A stretch of DNA of 64,000 nt from Truepera sp. (lineage in GTDB: Bacteria; Deinococcota; Deinococci; Deinococcales; Trueperaceae): the NCBI GenBank assembly GCA_965218435.1, contig CBDCKW010000009.1, forward strand, positions 3,799,575-3,863,574, written 5' to 3'. Position 1 is the stretch's first letter. Every line of letters starts with the position of its first letter. Positions 27,347 to 37,174 of the stretch are shown piece by piece. The notes beneath the pieces are model-generated. The model was not told the origin of the DNA. It searched no databases and saw nothing but the letters and a program-made list of their open reading frames with translations. A program made the position numbers and the translations under genes.

Positions 27347-28108
27347 ATGTCAACCCAAAACTCACGAATTGCCATCGTGACAGGCGGCGGTAGCGGTATC
27401 GGCGCTGCGACTGCCCACACACTTGCTGAAGCTGGCTGGACCGTCGTCATCGCGGGGCGGCATCAGGAGACGCTCGAGGCTGTTGCAACTAGCGGTGCAA
27501 ACCTGAGCGGTGTGCTCGACACGGTTATTGCAGACGTAACCGACGAGGCGAGTGTTAAAACCCTGTTCGATACCACCGTGCAGCGTTACGGCCGCGTAGA
27601 TTTGCTATTTAACAACGCCGGAACCGGCGCTCCAGCCGTTGAGCTTGACGACTTGGCGCTTAGCGATTGGAATAAGGTCGTCGCCGTCAACTTAACCGGC
27701 GTTTTTCTCTGTACCCGTGAGGCGTTCCGGGTGATGCGGCAGCAAAAGCCGCAGGGAGGCCGCATCATTAACAACGGCTCGATCTCAGCGCACGCGCCGA
27801 GGCCCCGCTCGGTCGCCTACACCGCGACCAAACACGCCGTCACCGGCCTAACCAAGTCAACGGCCCTTGACGGACGCGCCTTCGATATTGCCTGCGGCCA
27901 GATTGATATCGGCAACGCCGCGACGGCTATGGGCAGCGGCGCGGCGTCCGGCGCGGCGCAGGCTGACGGCAGCGTGCGCCCCGAACCGCTGATGGACGTG
28001 ACCGAGGTCGGCAGAGCGGTGCTCTACATGGCCAACTTGCCCTTAGGAACGAACGTTGCGACGATGACCGTGATGGCGACCAACATGCCGTTTATCGGGC
28101 GGGGTTAG
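27347..28108 (+). CDS. SDR-family oxidoreductase
   Basis: TGGGSGIG cofactor motif, NNAG and YTATKHA catalytic motif. GGAGG upstream. Confidence 0.85.
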   Translation: MSTQNSRIAIVTGGGSGIGAATAHTLAEAGWTVVIAGRHQETLEAVATSGANLSGVLDTVIADVTDEASVKTLFDTTVQRYGRVDLLFNNAGTGAPAVELDDLALSDWNKVVAVNLTGVFLCTREAFRVMRQQKPQGGRIINNGSISAHAPRPRSVAYTATKHAVTGLTKSTALDGRAFDIACGQIDIGNAATAMGSGAASGAAQADGSVRPEPLMDVTEVGRAVLYMANLPLGTNVATMTVMATNMPFIGRG

Positions 28109-28112
28109 CAGC

Positions 28113-29063
28113 GTGGACAGACCCGCCGCTCGAGCCTGGGAGGGTGACCGCAGCAAAGTCCGGTATCCGGACCCGGCGATTGAAATACTAGACGAACGGT
28201 TTCGCTCGCTGGTCGTCAACAACGACGCGATTGAACAGCTGTGGACCGGTGGGCGCTGGTTAGAAGGCCCGGTCTGGTTTGGTGACGGCCGCTATCTGCT
28301 CTTTTCCGACATCCCCAACAACCGCCTGCTCTGCTGGAGCGAAGTCACCGGTGAAGTTACAGTATTTCGTCAGCCCTCGAACAACAGCAACGGCAATACC
28401 AGAGACCGGCAGGGCCGCCTCGTGACCTGCGAGCACCTGACGCGCCGCGTCACCCGCACCGAATACGACGGTGCTGTAAGCGTTTTGCTGAGTAGCTATG
28501 GCGGCAAACCGCTCAACGCGCCCAACGATGTGGTGGCGCACTCCGACGGGTCGGTGTGGTTTACCGATCCGGGTTGGGGGATTGAGGGCCACTACGAAGG
28601 GAATAAAGTCGTTAAAGAGTTACCCCGCTACGTCTACCGGGTTGACCCCGATACCGGTGAGGGAACGCCGGTTATCGCTGAGATGGACCGGCCGAACGGC
28701 CTCTGTTTTTCGCCTGACGAGACCAAACTGTATGTTGTTGACATTGATCAAATACGGGTCTTCGAGATGGACGGGAGAGTTCCGGTGAACGGCCGCGTGT
28801 TTGTCCCGAACAGTTCAGGCTTTTTTGACGGAATTCGTACCGATCAGGATGGTCATCTCTGGGCTAGCGCGGGCGGGGGCGGTGCGGGCTTTGATGGCGT
28901 GCACTGCTACAGCCCCGAAGGGCAGCTGTTAGGGCAGCTTCACCTACCGGAGTCGTGTGCGAACCTCTGCTTCGGCGGGGTCAAGAAGAACCGGCTGTTT
29001 ATAACGGCCAGCCGGTCGCTCTACAGCGTTTACGTCGAGGCGTTAGGGGCACAGTACCCCTGA
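28113..29063 (+). CDS. SMP-30/gluconolactonase/LRE-family protein
   Basis: YPDPAIEILDERF...LEGPVW...NDVV..SDGSVWFTDP...PNGLCFSPDE pattern. Confidence 0.75.
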   Translation: MDRPAARAWEGDRSKVRYPDPAIEILDERFRSLVVNNDAIEQLWTGGRWLEGPVWFGDGRYLLFSDIPNNRLLCWSEVTGEVTVFRQPSNNSNGNTRDRQGRLVTCEHLTRRVTRTEYDGAVSVLLSSYGGKPLNAPNDVVAHSDGSVWFTDPGWGIEGHYEGNKVVKELPRYVYRVDPDTGEGTPVIAEMDRPNGLCFSPDETKLYVVDIDQIRVFEMDGRVPVNGRVFVPNSSGFFDGIRTDQDGHLWASAGGGGAGFDGVHCYSPEGQLLGQLHLPESCANLCFGGVKKNRLFITASRSLYSVYVEALGAQYP

Positions 29064-29102
29064 ATAGCCGACGTTTGTAAGCTGGTCAACTAGACTACGC
29101 TC

Positions 29103-30008
29103 ATGCTCCCTATCGTTTCGACGCTGCTCAGCGTTGTTTTACCCGCGTTTTTTGTGATGGGTGTCGGAGCCCTGATCAGCTACGCCATAAAGCCTGATAT
29201 CACCTCGCTCAACCGGTTGGCACTCTACGCGACGACGCCTGCGCTGGTTTTTAGTTCGCTTCAAGAAACGGCTTTGGGCGCGGGCAGCGCCTTGAGGCTG
29301 CTGAGCGCCTTTTTTCTGATGTTAGTAGCGATGCTGGCGATCTCGAGCCTAGCCAGCCGTCATCTGCCCATAAGCTCGAGGCGCGGCGTGATTGCTACCA
29401 GTTTATTTGTCAACAGCGCCAACCTGATGCTCCCGGTCACGCTGTTTGCACTCGGTCAAGCCGGGGTCGCGCGGGCGCTCATCTTGTACGTCGTCACAAC
29501 GGTGCTGCTCTACCTGGTCTGCCCGCTTGTCTTTGCCCAGCAGACCTTTGGGCGAATGCTGCGCTCGGTCGCGGCGCTGCCGGTCGTCTGGGCGGCGCTG
29601 CTGGCGTGCTTCTTTAACATCCTGGGTTGGTCATTGCCGCTAGGCGTGACGCGGGGCGTTGACCTCTTGGCTGGCGCTGCGATTCCGCTCGTGCTGCTGG
29701 TTTTAGGGATGCAGCTTCAGCGTGCCGGATTGCCCGTACCTAACGGCGTCAACTGGCTCTCGCTGGGGCTCAAACTTGTAGTTGGCCCGGTCGTCGCCTT
29801 CGCTGCAGGCTCCGTGGTCGGTTTGACCGGGCTCGACCTCGCCGTGATTACCCTGTTCGGTTCGATGCCGCCCGCCGTGATGGTGTTTATGCTGGCGCTC
29901 GAGTTCTCCGACAATCCCGAAGAGGTCGCGCGTACGGTCGTCGTTTCCACGCTCGGCGCACTCGTGTCGGTGTCGGTGGTCGTGACGCTGATAAGACAGA
30001 TGCTGTAG
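29103..30008 (+). CDS. AEC (auxin efflux carrier) family transporter
   Basis: About 10 TM helices and 301 aa, with an N-terminal region and LVLGMQL motif typical of the AEC family. Confidence 0.6.
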   Translation: MLPIVSTLLSVVLPAFFVMGVGALISYAIKPDITSLNRLALYATTPALVFSSLQETALGAGSALRLLSAFFLMLVAMLAISSLASRHLPISSRRGVIATSLFVNSANLMLPVTLFALGQAGVARALILYVVTTVLLYLVCPLVFAQQTFGRMLRSVAALPVVWAALLACFFNILGWSLPLGVTRGVDLLAGAAIPLVLLVLGMQLQRAGLPVPNGVNWLSLGLKLVVGPVVAFAAGSVVGLTGLDLAVITLFGSMPPAVMVFMLALEFSDNPEEVARTVVVSTLGALVSVSVVVTLIRQML

Positions 30009-30037
30009 CTGTCCGTGCTCAGGCCCCATAACGCGAC

Positions 30038-30433
30038 CTAGAGCCGAAACCCCCCTGGCAACAGGCCAGAGACCGTCCACGTCCTGACATCGCCCTGGTC
30101 GTTGACCAGATAGACTGCCGCGTCTTCGGCAAATTCAAACAAAACCTGACGGCACGCCCCGCAGGGGCTCGCGGGTTCGGCGGCGGTCGTGTAGACGACG
30201 ATTTCGCTAAAATGTCGTTCGCCAGCCGAGGCCATTGCCTGCACCGCCGACTGCTCGGCGCAGCGCCCGAGGCCGTACGAGGCGTTTTCGATGTTGGCCC
30301 CCGCGTAAACTGTACCGCTTTCGGCCCGTAGCGCCGCCCCGACGTGAAACCCGGAATAGGGCGCGTAGGCGTTGTGGTGAGCGGTTTTAGCAGCTTGGAG
30401 GAGGTCTTCGGGAGGCGTTGGGGTGTTGGGCAT
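30038..30433 (-). CDS. cdd: Cytidine deaminase
   Basis: CAEQSA (H/C-A-E zinc motif) and PCGACRQ. 131 aa. Confidence 0.9.
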   Translation of the reverse strand: MPNTPTPPEDLLQAAKTAHHNAYAPYSGFHVGAALRAESGTVYAGANIENASYGLGRCAEQSAVQAMASAGERHFSEIVVYTTAAEPASPCGACRQVLFEFAEDAAVYLVNDQGDVRTWTVSGLLPGGFRL

Positions 30434-30533
30434 AGCTTAGTTTATAGGCTACTTGGAGCGTGTTCCGGCGTTGTTCCACTGCGGGCTCGGTCTATTGTGC
30501 TCAGAGGCTCGAGTACGCTGTTACACTCGTCAG

Positions 30534-31718
30534 ATGGTTAGTGACTCGAGCCTGTCCCCGGTGACATCAGCCAAATACGGTAATACCTCAGCGCCTTTAC
30601 ACTTCGCTACGCACTGGCTTACTCGGCGAAGGTTGCTGAGAGCACTCTTTTTGAGCTTATTACTCATTTCCCAGAGTCACGCCCAAACTCCAGGTACGAC
30701 ACCTGAGTATGGGTACCTCGAGGGCCGCATCACCCAGATTACAGCGCAGACGGCGACTGTCGTTTTAGGGGACGGAACAGAGGTCAAAGCGACGCTCGGG
30801 ACGCCGCTACCCGGCGATAGCACCATCCCCTTACCGAAGTTTAAGGTAGGGGAGCGGGTCGAGCTGTACTACTCCCCGGCTCCCGGTTCAAAAGAACGGC
30901 AGTACGCCGTCTCCGACTGGGTGCGGCGGCCCGCTCTGGGTTGGCTGACCGTACTTTTTTTGGTCGTCTCAGTCGGTGTCGCCCGCTTCAAGGGACTGCG
31001 GGCGTTTGTGGCCACCGGCAGCAGCTTAGTTATCGTGATGCTTTTTATCGTACCTAAAATCTTGGCGGGTTGGAACCCGGTGGTGGTCTCTCTTTTGGGG
31101 GTCGGTGGCATCTTGATTTTGGCTATCTACTTTGTCCACGGTCTCAGCTGGAGTACGACGGCGGCGCTGCTCGGCACCTTTGCCGCAGTACTCGTTACGA
31201 TGCTTTTAGGGATTGTCTTTACCCATTGGGCGCACCTGACCGGCTTCGGGTCGGAAGAGGCGATGATGATCACCTTCGGCGCAGGGCAAGTTGACCTTAA
31301 AGGGCTACTCTTAGCCGGACTGCTGATCGGGGCGCTCGGGGCGCTGACCGATATTACGATTGTGCAGGCGAGTGTGATTCGGGAACTCGCGCACGTCAAC
31401 CCCGGGTTTAGGCTCCGTGAGCTTTATGAGCGTGGGATGAACGTCGGGCTCGACCATATCGGCTCACTTGTGAATACCTTGGTACTGGCGTATACGGGCG
31501 CGGCGTTGCCGCTATTCCTGCTGCTGAGCATCAACAATTTTTCGGTCGCGCGGGCACTTAACTTGGAACTCGTCGCCTCGGAGGTCGTGCATACGCTGGT
31601 AGGGTCGATCGGGCTGGTGTTGGCGGTACCGTTTACCACCTTTGTCGCGGCGCTGCTGTTTCGTGGGGACAAACTGCCGCTCTTGGAGGGGGAGCTCGAG
31701 CACGCGCATCATCACTAG
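30534..31718 (+). CDS. YibE/F-family membrane protein
   Basis: N-terminal signal/anchor, a soluble ~90-aa domain, then multiple TM helices, with a His-rich C-terminus. ATG 30534 is preferred over the ORF-track 30453. Confidence 0.5.
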   Translation: MVSDSSLSPVTSAKYGNTSAPLHFATHWLTRRRLLRALFLSLLLISQSHAQTPGTTPEYGYLEGRITQITAQTATVVLGDGTEVKATLGTPLPGDSTIPLPKFKVGERVELYYSPAPGSKERQYAVSDWVRRPALGWLTVLFLVVSVGVARFKGLRAFVATGSSLVIVMLFIVPKILAGWNPVVVSLLGVGGILILAIYFVHGLSWSTTAALLGTFAAVLVTMLLGIVFTHWAHLTGFGSEEAMMITFGAGQVDLKGLLLAGLLIGALGALTDITIVQASVIRELAHVNPGFRLRELYERGMNVGLDHIGSLVNTLVLAYTGAALPLFLLLSINNFSVARALNLELVASEVVHTLVGSIGLVLAVPFTTFVAALLFRGDKLPLLEGELEHAHHH

Positions 31719-31851
31719 CCTTTGTGCTCATAAAGCTGCGCTCATAAAGTTGCCCTGAGACAAGCGAAACTCATCTCGTCCAAGTGAGCACGGAGCTATG
31801 GACCAGATGAGTTGGAGCGTGGTTTAGCTGGCTGAACGTTACTTTTTACTG

Positions 31852-32733
31852 TTACTGCGCCGTATTGCCTAAAGCCGTCACCAGAGTGTGCGCGTTATAG
31901 CGCATCAAATCGGCGTAACTTTGAGTCTCTTCACCGCCGCCTAGCGGGTCCAAGATATAGAGCGGCAACCCGGCACTTTCCGCGACGACCTCGGCGGGGC
32001 GCTTGGGTAACTCGGGCTCGCTGAAGATGGCTTTGGCACCGCTCCCTTTGATAAGAGATAAGGCGTCGGCGATATACGCGGGGCTCGGCTCACGCCCCGG
32101 CGCGGGCTCGATCTCGACGACGAGATTGAGGCCGAAACGCCGTGCGAAGTAGGGCCACGCGTCGTGAAACGGCACGAAGGCTGCACCCTTGAGCGGCGCG
32201 AGCATCTTTTGCAGTTCGTTCGTGAGCGTCCCCAACTCTTCGACAACTTTTTTACCGTTCGCCTGGTAGTCAGTGGCGTGCTCCGGGTCTATGTTCACCA
32301 ACTGGTCAACTATGAGCGGCACGGCTTGCTTCATCAGCACAGGGTCGAGCCAGATGTGCGGATTAACGCCCTTAAGCGCCTTTTCAGAAGTTTCGTCGTC
32401 TCCGGCAACCGGTTTGAAGTCGAGCTCGGTCATGACCTCGAGCATCGGCGCGTCGGTGCCGCTCGAGGCTACTAAGTCGGTGAGCCAACCATCCAACACG
32501 CCGTTAAAGACCACGAGGTCGGCGTCTGCCACCTTTACGACATCTTGCGGCGTCGGGTCAAACGTATGCGGTGACGCCCCGGAGGGGAGCAGCTGCACGA
32601 CGGTAGCGTCTTGACCGGCGATTTCTTGAACCAGCGCGGCGTAAGGGTGAATAGAGGTCACTACGGTGACAGTCGGCTGTGCCCAGGCCGCAGCGCCCAC
32701 CCAGGCCAATAACAAACATAACAACATTCTCAT
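31852..32733 (-). CDS. ZnuA/TroA-like metal ABC substrate-binding protein (orphan: no permease or ATPase genes adjacent)
   Basis: Signal peptide, SIHPYA..V, SPHTFDPTP, NPHIWLDP and HDAW motifs of cluster A-I binding proteins. Confidence 0.8.
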   Translation of the reverse strand: MRMLLCLLLAWVGAAAWAQPTVTVVTSIHPYAALVQEIAGQDATVVQLLPSGASPHTFDPTPQDVVKVADADLVVFNGVLDGWLTDLVASSGTDAPMLEVMTELDFKPVAGDDETSEKALKGVNPHIWLDPVLMKQAVPLIVDQLVNIDPEHATDYQANGKKVVEELGTLTNELQKMLAPLKGAAFVPFHDAWPYFARRFGLNLVVEIEPAPGREPSPAYIADALSLIKGSGAKAIFSEPELPKRPAEVVAESAGLPLYILDPLGGGEETQSYADLMRYNAHTLVTALGNTAQ

Positions 32734-32766
32734 AAACTTAACTCCTCTGTCTTCTATTTCTGCAAA

Positions 32767-32782
32767 TGAGAATAGATTCTCA
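32767..32782. promoter_or_regulatory. Near-perfect 16-bp palindrome upstream of the ZnuA-like gene (candidate Zur/Fur-family operator)
   Basis: TGAGAATAGATTCTCA (7/8 half-site match), about 35 bp upstream of the ATG at 32733, in an AT-rich context. Confidence 0.4.
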
Positions 32783-32888
32783 AGTGCGATGGTAGTTTAG
32801 CCGCTAAAAGCGTAAAAAGCAAGGGTCGGCGCGTTTCCGGTCCAGCCAGCCGTTTCGGGACGGCCTAGCTGTTGCCGTCTTGCGTCGT

Positions 32889-32962
32889 CTGACAAGATGA
32901 TCTGACAGGGTGGTCAAACAAGGCGGTCAGCTAAGGGGGTCTGACAAAAGGCTGACGAAACC
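32889..32962 (+). promoter_or_regulatory. Candidate Pho-box direct repeats upstream of pstS
   Basis: CTGACA at 32889, 32902 and 32941, and CTGACG at 32952. The proximal pair has an 11-bp period, each followed by A-rich spacers, and ends just upstream of a -10-like TTATCT (32966-32971). Confidence 0.45.
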
Positions 32963-33006
32963 CCCTTATCTTGACCCTGTACGGCTTATTCTTTTTAGGA
33001 GGACAG

Positions 33007-34068
33007 ATGAAAAAGCTTTTTGCACTTCTCGCGCTCACCCTAAGCGTCGCCTTTGCCCAAGATATCAACGGGGCCGGCGCGACCTTCCCCGATCCGCTCT
33101 ACCAAAAGATGTTTTCCGTTTACAACCAAGACTTCGGGATTCAGGTGAACTACCAGGCGATTGGGTCGGGCGGGGGCCGCAGCGCCCTCCTCGACCAAAC
33201 GGTGGATTTTGCCGGTACCGACGCCTACTTTGGCGATGAAGAAATGGCAAGTGCTCCGGGCCAGATTTTGCACATCCCGATGGCTGAAGGTGCCGTGGTG
33301 TTGGCCTACACCTTTGCGCCACTTGCCGAAGCTCCGGCAGACGGCCTAGTTTTAGACGGCCCGACGGTCGCGGACATTTTCCTCGGGAACATCACCCGGT
33401 GGAACGACGACGCGATTGCCCAGTTGAACCCAAACGCCGCCTTGCCCGACCTGCCGATTACCGTCGCGCACCGCTCGGACGGTTCAGGGACGACCTCAAT
33501 CTTTGTGGACTACCTCGCTAAAGTTTCTGAGCAGTGGGCGAGCGACATCAACACCGGCCCCGAGACCAGCGTCAATTGGCCGGTCGGCATCGGAGGAGAC
33601 GGTAACCCCGGCGTTGCCAGCATCGTCGCTGATACCCCCGGCGCAATTGGTTACGTGGGACTCGAGTACGCCGAAGCTAACAATCTCGCCTACACGAATA
33701 TGATCAACGCCTCCGGGAACACCGTCGAGCCCACGCTCGACGCGGTGGCTGCCGCAGCCGACATCGAGTTGCCAGACGACCTGCGCGCCACCTTTACCAA
33801 CTCGGATACGCCGGGCGCGTGGCCGATCGCAGGCTTTACCTGGATTACGCTCTATCAAGACCAGAACTACAACGGGCGTAGCGAAGCGCAAGCCCAGCAG
33901 ACGGTCAACCTCGTCAACTGGATGCTGACCAAAGGCCAGCAGTATAACAACCCGCTGAACTACGGCCAGATTACCGGAAGCGTACAGAAACGGGCGGAAG
34001 AAATCCTCGGTACGGTGACCTATGGCGGTCAGGCCCTGACGCCCGCAGCGCCGAGCCCCAGCAACTAG
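33007..34068 (+). CDS. pstS: Phosphate ABC transporter substrate-binding protein PstS
   Basis: TAGGAGG upstream of ATG 33007, signal peptide MKKLFALLALTLSVAFAQ, and GAGATFP, RSDGSGTT motifs. Confidence 0.9.
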   Translation: MKKLFALLALTLSVAFAQDINGAGATFPDPLYQKMFSVYNQDFGIQVNYQAIGSGGGRSALLDQTVDFAGTDAYFGDEEMASAPGQILHIPMAEGAVVLAYTFAPLAEAPADGLVLDGPTVADIFLGNITRWNDDAIAQLNPNAALPDLPITVAHRSDGSGTTSIFVDYLAKVSEQWASDINTGPETSVNWPVGIGGDGNPGVASIVADTPGAIGYVGLEYAEANNLAYTNMINASGNTVEPTLDAVAAAADIELPDDLRATFTNSDTPGAWPIAGFTWITLYQDQNYNGRSEAQAQQTVNLVNWMLTKGQQYNNPLNYGQITGSVQKRAEEILGTVTYGGQALTPAAPSPSN

Positions 34069-34089
34069 CCTAACTACCTCTTCGTTTTA

Positions 34090-34115
34090 GGTTGGCCTCC
34101 GGGCCAACCGCTTTT
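34090..34115 (+). terminator. Hairpin plus T-tract after pstS (terminator/attenuator)
   Basis: GGTTGGCC, loop TCCG, GGCCAACC, followed by GCTTTTCATATTTT. Confidence 0.65.
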
Positions 34116-34263
34116 CATATTTTGATTACGCCTTTTGACTATGCCCAACTTACGATGCTTTTTACAGTGCTTTGACAGAAGTGCTCTAAGCTAGACAATA
34201 TGTTACGGATACAAAGTTGAATCCACCGGGACGAAATGAGGTTCTGATGAGCGAGGTTATAGT

Positions 34264-35256
34264 GTGAGTGATACCCAGTCAGGCGTTGTCCGGAATGTTA
34301 ACGTCGTGCCGGAGCGGGAGCGGTTGCGGCGCTCGAGGCTGCTGAGCGGTGATCGCGTGTTTAGCAGCTTGATCTTGTTTCTGGCCCTGCTCGTCTTGTC
34401 GGTGTCGGGACTGATCGTCTACGTCCTCGTGCGGCGCGGTCAGCTCGCCTTCAGCACCTTTGGACCCTTCGGTCTGCTGTTTAGCAGCGACTGGAATCCG
34501 CCGCGCGGTCAGTATGGGGCACTTCCTTTTTTAATCGGGACGCTGATTACGAGTTTAGGCGCACTGGTCTTATCGGTGCCGCTGGCAGTGGCCGCCGCGC
34601 TGTTTGTGACCGAGTACGCGCCGCGCTGGTTGGCTGAACCAATCAGTTACCTGATTGAGCTCTTGGCCGCGATTCCCAGCGTCGTTTACGGCTTTTGGGG
34701 CGTTGCGGTGATGGTGCCGTTTATCCGGCAGCTCGAGCTCGCCGTCATTCAAACGCCGGGCCTTAACCGCGTGCCCTTTTTACGCGGCGCACCGATCGGC
34801 TACGGTCTGCTCGCCGCCATTTTTATTTTGGCCATCATGATCGTGCCGTATACGACCGCAGTTGCTAGAGACGTCATCCGGCTCGTTCCGCGCGACCAAC
34901 GCGAAGCCGCCTACGCGCTCGGCGCAACCAAGTGGGAGGTGCTCCGCTCCGCCGTACTACCTTACGCGCGCGCCGGGATTTTTGGCGGTGTGATCTTGAG
35001 TTTGGGCCGCGCCCTCGGTGAAACGATTGCTGTCACGATGGTCATCGGTAACGCGACGCGTATCCCTGATACGCTCTTTTCAACCGCCGCGACCATGCCG
35101 AGTATTATCGCCTCGCAGTTTCCCGAGGCGAACGACCCGCTGATGCGCTCGAGCCTTATCGCCATCGGTCTCTACTTGTTTTTTGCCACCTTACTGATCA
35201 ATATCGCCGCACGCTGGGTGATCTACCGGCTGAGTCCTAAAGGGATCAGTGTATGA
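34264..35256 (+). CDS. pstC: Phosphate ABC transporter permease PstC
   Basis: Multi-TM protein with the EAA-type loop REAAYALGATKWEV. Overlaps pstA by 4 nt. Confidence 0.9.
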   Translation: MSDTQSGVVRNVNVVPERERLRRSRLLSGDRVFSSLILFLALLVLSVSGLIVYVLVRRGQLAFSTFGPFGLLFSSDWNPPRGQYGALPFLIGTLITSLGALVLSVPLAVAAALFVTEYAPRWLAEPISYLIELLAAIPSVVYGFWGVAVMVPFIRQLELAVIQTPGLNRVPFLRGAPIGYGLLAAIFILAIMIVPYTTAVARDVIRLVPRDQREAAYALGATKWEVLRSAVLPYARAGIFGGVILSLGRALGETIAVTMVIGNATRIPDTLFSTAATMPSIIASQFPEANDPLMRSSLIAIGLYLFFATLLINIAARWVIYRLSPKGISV

Positions 35257-36104
35257 GTCAGGCGCGTCTGCCAAACACGCACAAGGGCCGCCGCCGCGTC
35301 TCTAACGTCGTAGCAGCTTTGCTGGTCGCACTGTTGACCCTGGTCGTGTTGCTCCCGCTTTTTTTGGTCTTGTATTACCTGCTGATCGAAGGACTGCCTG
35401 CGTTTAACTTGGAGCTTTTCCGTATCCCTCAAGGGGGCGACCTCGTAGGCCGGATCGGCCACGCGATCGTCGGGACGGGTATCTTGGTCGCAATTGCTAC
35501 GGTGATCGGCGCAACGCTGGGCATCGCTACGGGCATCTTTATCGTCGAATTTAATACGCACCCCCTGGTGAGACCTGTGCGGCTGATGGCCGACGTGTTG
35601 TTAGGCGTTCCCGCGATCGTGATGGGCCTGGTTGCTTACGGCTTGCTCGTTGTTGGCGGCGGCTACAGCGCCTGGTCGGGCGGGTTCGCGCTCGGGCTGA
35701 TTATGATTCCCTACGTCACGCGTGCAACCGAAGAAGTACTTAAGCTCGTTCCCCGGAGTTTGCGCGAGGCTGGGTACGCGCTCGGGCTCCCGAAGTGGCG
35801 CATCACGCTCTTTATCGTCCTACCCAGCGCCGTTAACGGCATCGTTACCGGGACGCTGCTCGCGGTTGCTCGTATTGCAGGAGAGGCCGCGCCGCTGCTC
35901 TTTACTGCTTTTGGCAACAACTTTTTTAACACCAACCCTAGTCAGCCGATTCAGGCACTGCCCCTGCTCATCTACCGCTACGCCCGCTATCCCGATCCCG
36001 GACTCGTTAAAACCGCCTGGGCCACCTCGTTATTTCTCGTTTTTCTCGTGCTGATCACTACGCTGATCACCCGCTACGTGTTTAGAGGACGTGTGACCCG
36101 ATGA
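35253..36104 (+). CDS. pstA: Phosphate ABC transporter permease PstA
   Basis: [15 protein letters not shown] loop. ATGA overlaps on both sides. Confidence 0.9.
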   Translation: MSQARLPNTHKGRRRVSNVVAALLVALLTLVVLLPLFLVLYYLLIEGLPAFNLELFRIPQGGDLVGRIGHAIVGTGILVAIATVIGATLGIATGIFIVEFNTHPLVRPVRLMADVLLGVPAIVMGLVAYGLLVVGGGYSAWSGGFALGLIMIPYVTRATEEVLKLVPRSLREAGYALGLPKWRITLFIVLPSAVNGIVTGTLLAVARIAGEAAPLLFTAFGNNFFNTNPSQPIQALPLLIYRYARYPDPGLVKTAWATSLFLVFLVLITTLITRYVFRGRVTR

Positions 36105-36958
36105 CGCAAGTACAGCCACAAAAACAAACTCGAGCGCCGACACGAGCTGACGAAGCGGGCGCTACCACCAGAGACACGCTGGTCGCTGCTGAAAATGTCA
36201 GCGTGTTTTACGGCAACTTTCAGGCGGTGCGTTTTGTCACGCTCGAGATCGAACCCAACACCGTCACGGCGCTGATCGGCCCGTCGGGGTGCGGCAAGAC
36301 GACCTTTTTACGGGCGCTCAACCGGATGCACGACCTGACGCCCGGTGCCCGCATCGAAGGTAAACTGAGTTTTCACGGGCAGAATATTTACAGTAAAAAT
36401 GTAGACGCCGTAGACGTGCGCCGCCGCATCGGGATGGTGTTTCAAAAACCCAACCCGTTTCCCACGATGAGCATCTACGAAAACGTCGTTTCGGGTCTTA
36501 AACTAGCCGGTGTCCGTAACAGAGCGCAGCTAGACGAGGTGGTCGAACGTTCGCTCAAACAAGCTGCGCTCTGGGACGAGGTCAAAGACCGGCTGAAAAC
36601 GCCTGCGACCGGTCTTTCGGGTGGTCAACAGCAGCGCCTCTGCATCGCCCGGTCGCTCGCCGTAGAGCCGGAGGTATTGCTGATGGACGAGCCCACCTCG
36701 GCGCTCGACCCGCAATCTACGCAGCGGATTGAAGAGCTGATGGAAACGCTTAAAAAAGAGGTCACTATCATTATCGTGACGCACAACTTGCAGCAAGCGG
36801 GCCGCGTCTCAGACCGTACGGCGTTTTTTCTCTTGGACCAGTCGGTTTTGTCCCAAGAGGGCTCGAGTAGCCTCATCGAGTTCGACGCGACCGACAAGCT
36901 TTTTACCAATCCGAGTGACCCGCGTACCGAAGCGTATATTACCGGGCGGTTCGGTTAG
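36101..36958 (+). CDS. pstB: Phosphate ABC transporter ATP-binding protein PstB
   Basis: GPSGCGKTT Walker [10 protein letters not shown] signature, [11 protein letters not shown] Walker B and the PstB-type C-terminus YITGRFG. Confidence 0.95.
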   Translation: MTQVQPQKQTRAPTRADEAGATTRDTLVAAENVSVFYGNFQAVRFVTLEIEPNTVTALIGPSGCGKTTFLRALNRMHDLTPGARIEGKLSFHGQNIYSKNVDAVDVRRRIGMVFQKPNPFPTMSIYENVVSGLKLAGVRNRAQLDEVVERSLKQAALWDEVKDRLKTPATGLSGGQQQRLCIARSLAVEPEVLLMDEPTSALDPQSTQRIEELMETLKKEVTIIIVTHNLQQAGRVSDRTAFFLLDQSVLSQEGSSSLIEFDATDKLFTNPSDPRTEAYITGRFG

Positions 36959-37174
36959 GCGTTTAGTTGGGCTAGGCCAAGCCAGCCGACTGTGGTGGGT
37001 CACTTCAGCGCCTACGTCTGCATGTACGGTTGCGGCCTCAAAGGGCGGAGATAACGACGGCTACTGTGACTGCTGTAAGCGTGACCCTTACAGTTGGGCG
37101 GAGACTGGCGTTGCGGTTGCTTTGAGCTGGGACCAGCCGCGTTTAAGAGCGGCGCATCCCTTTTGAGTTTTGCT

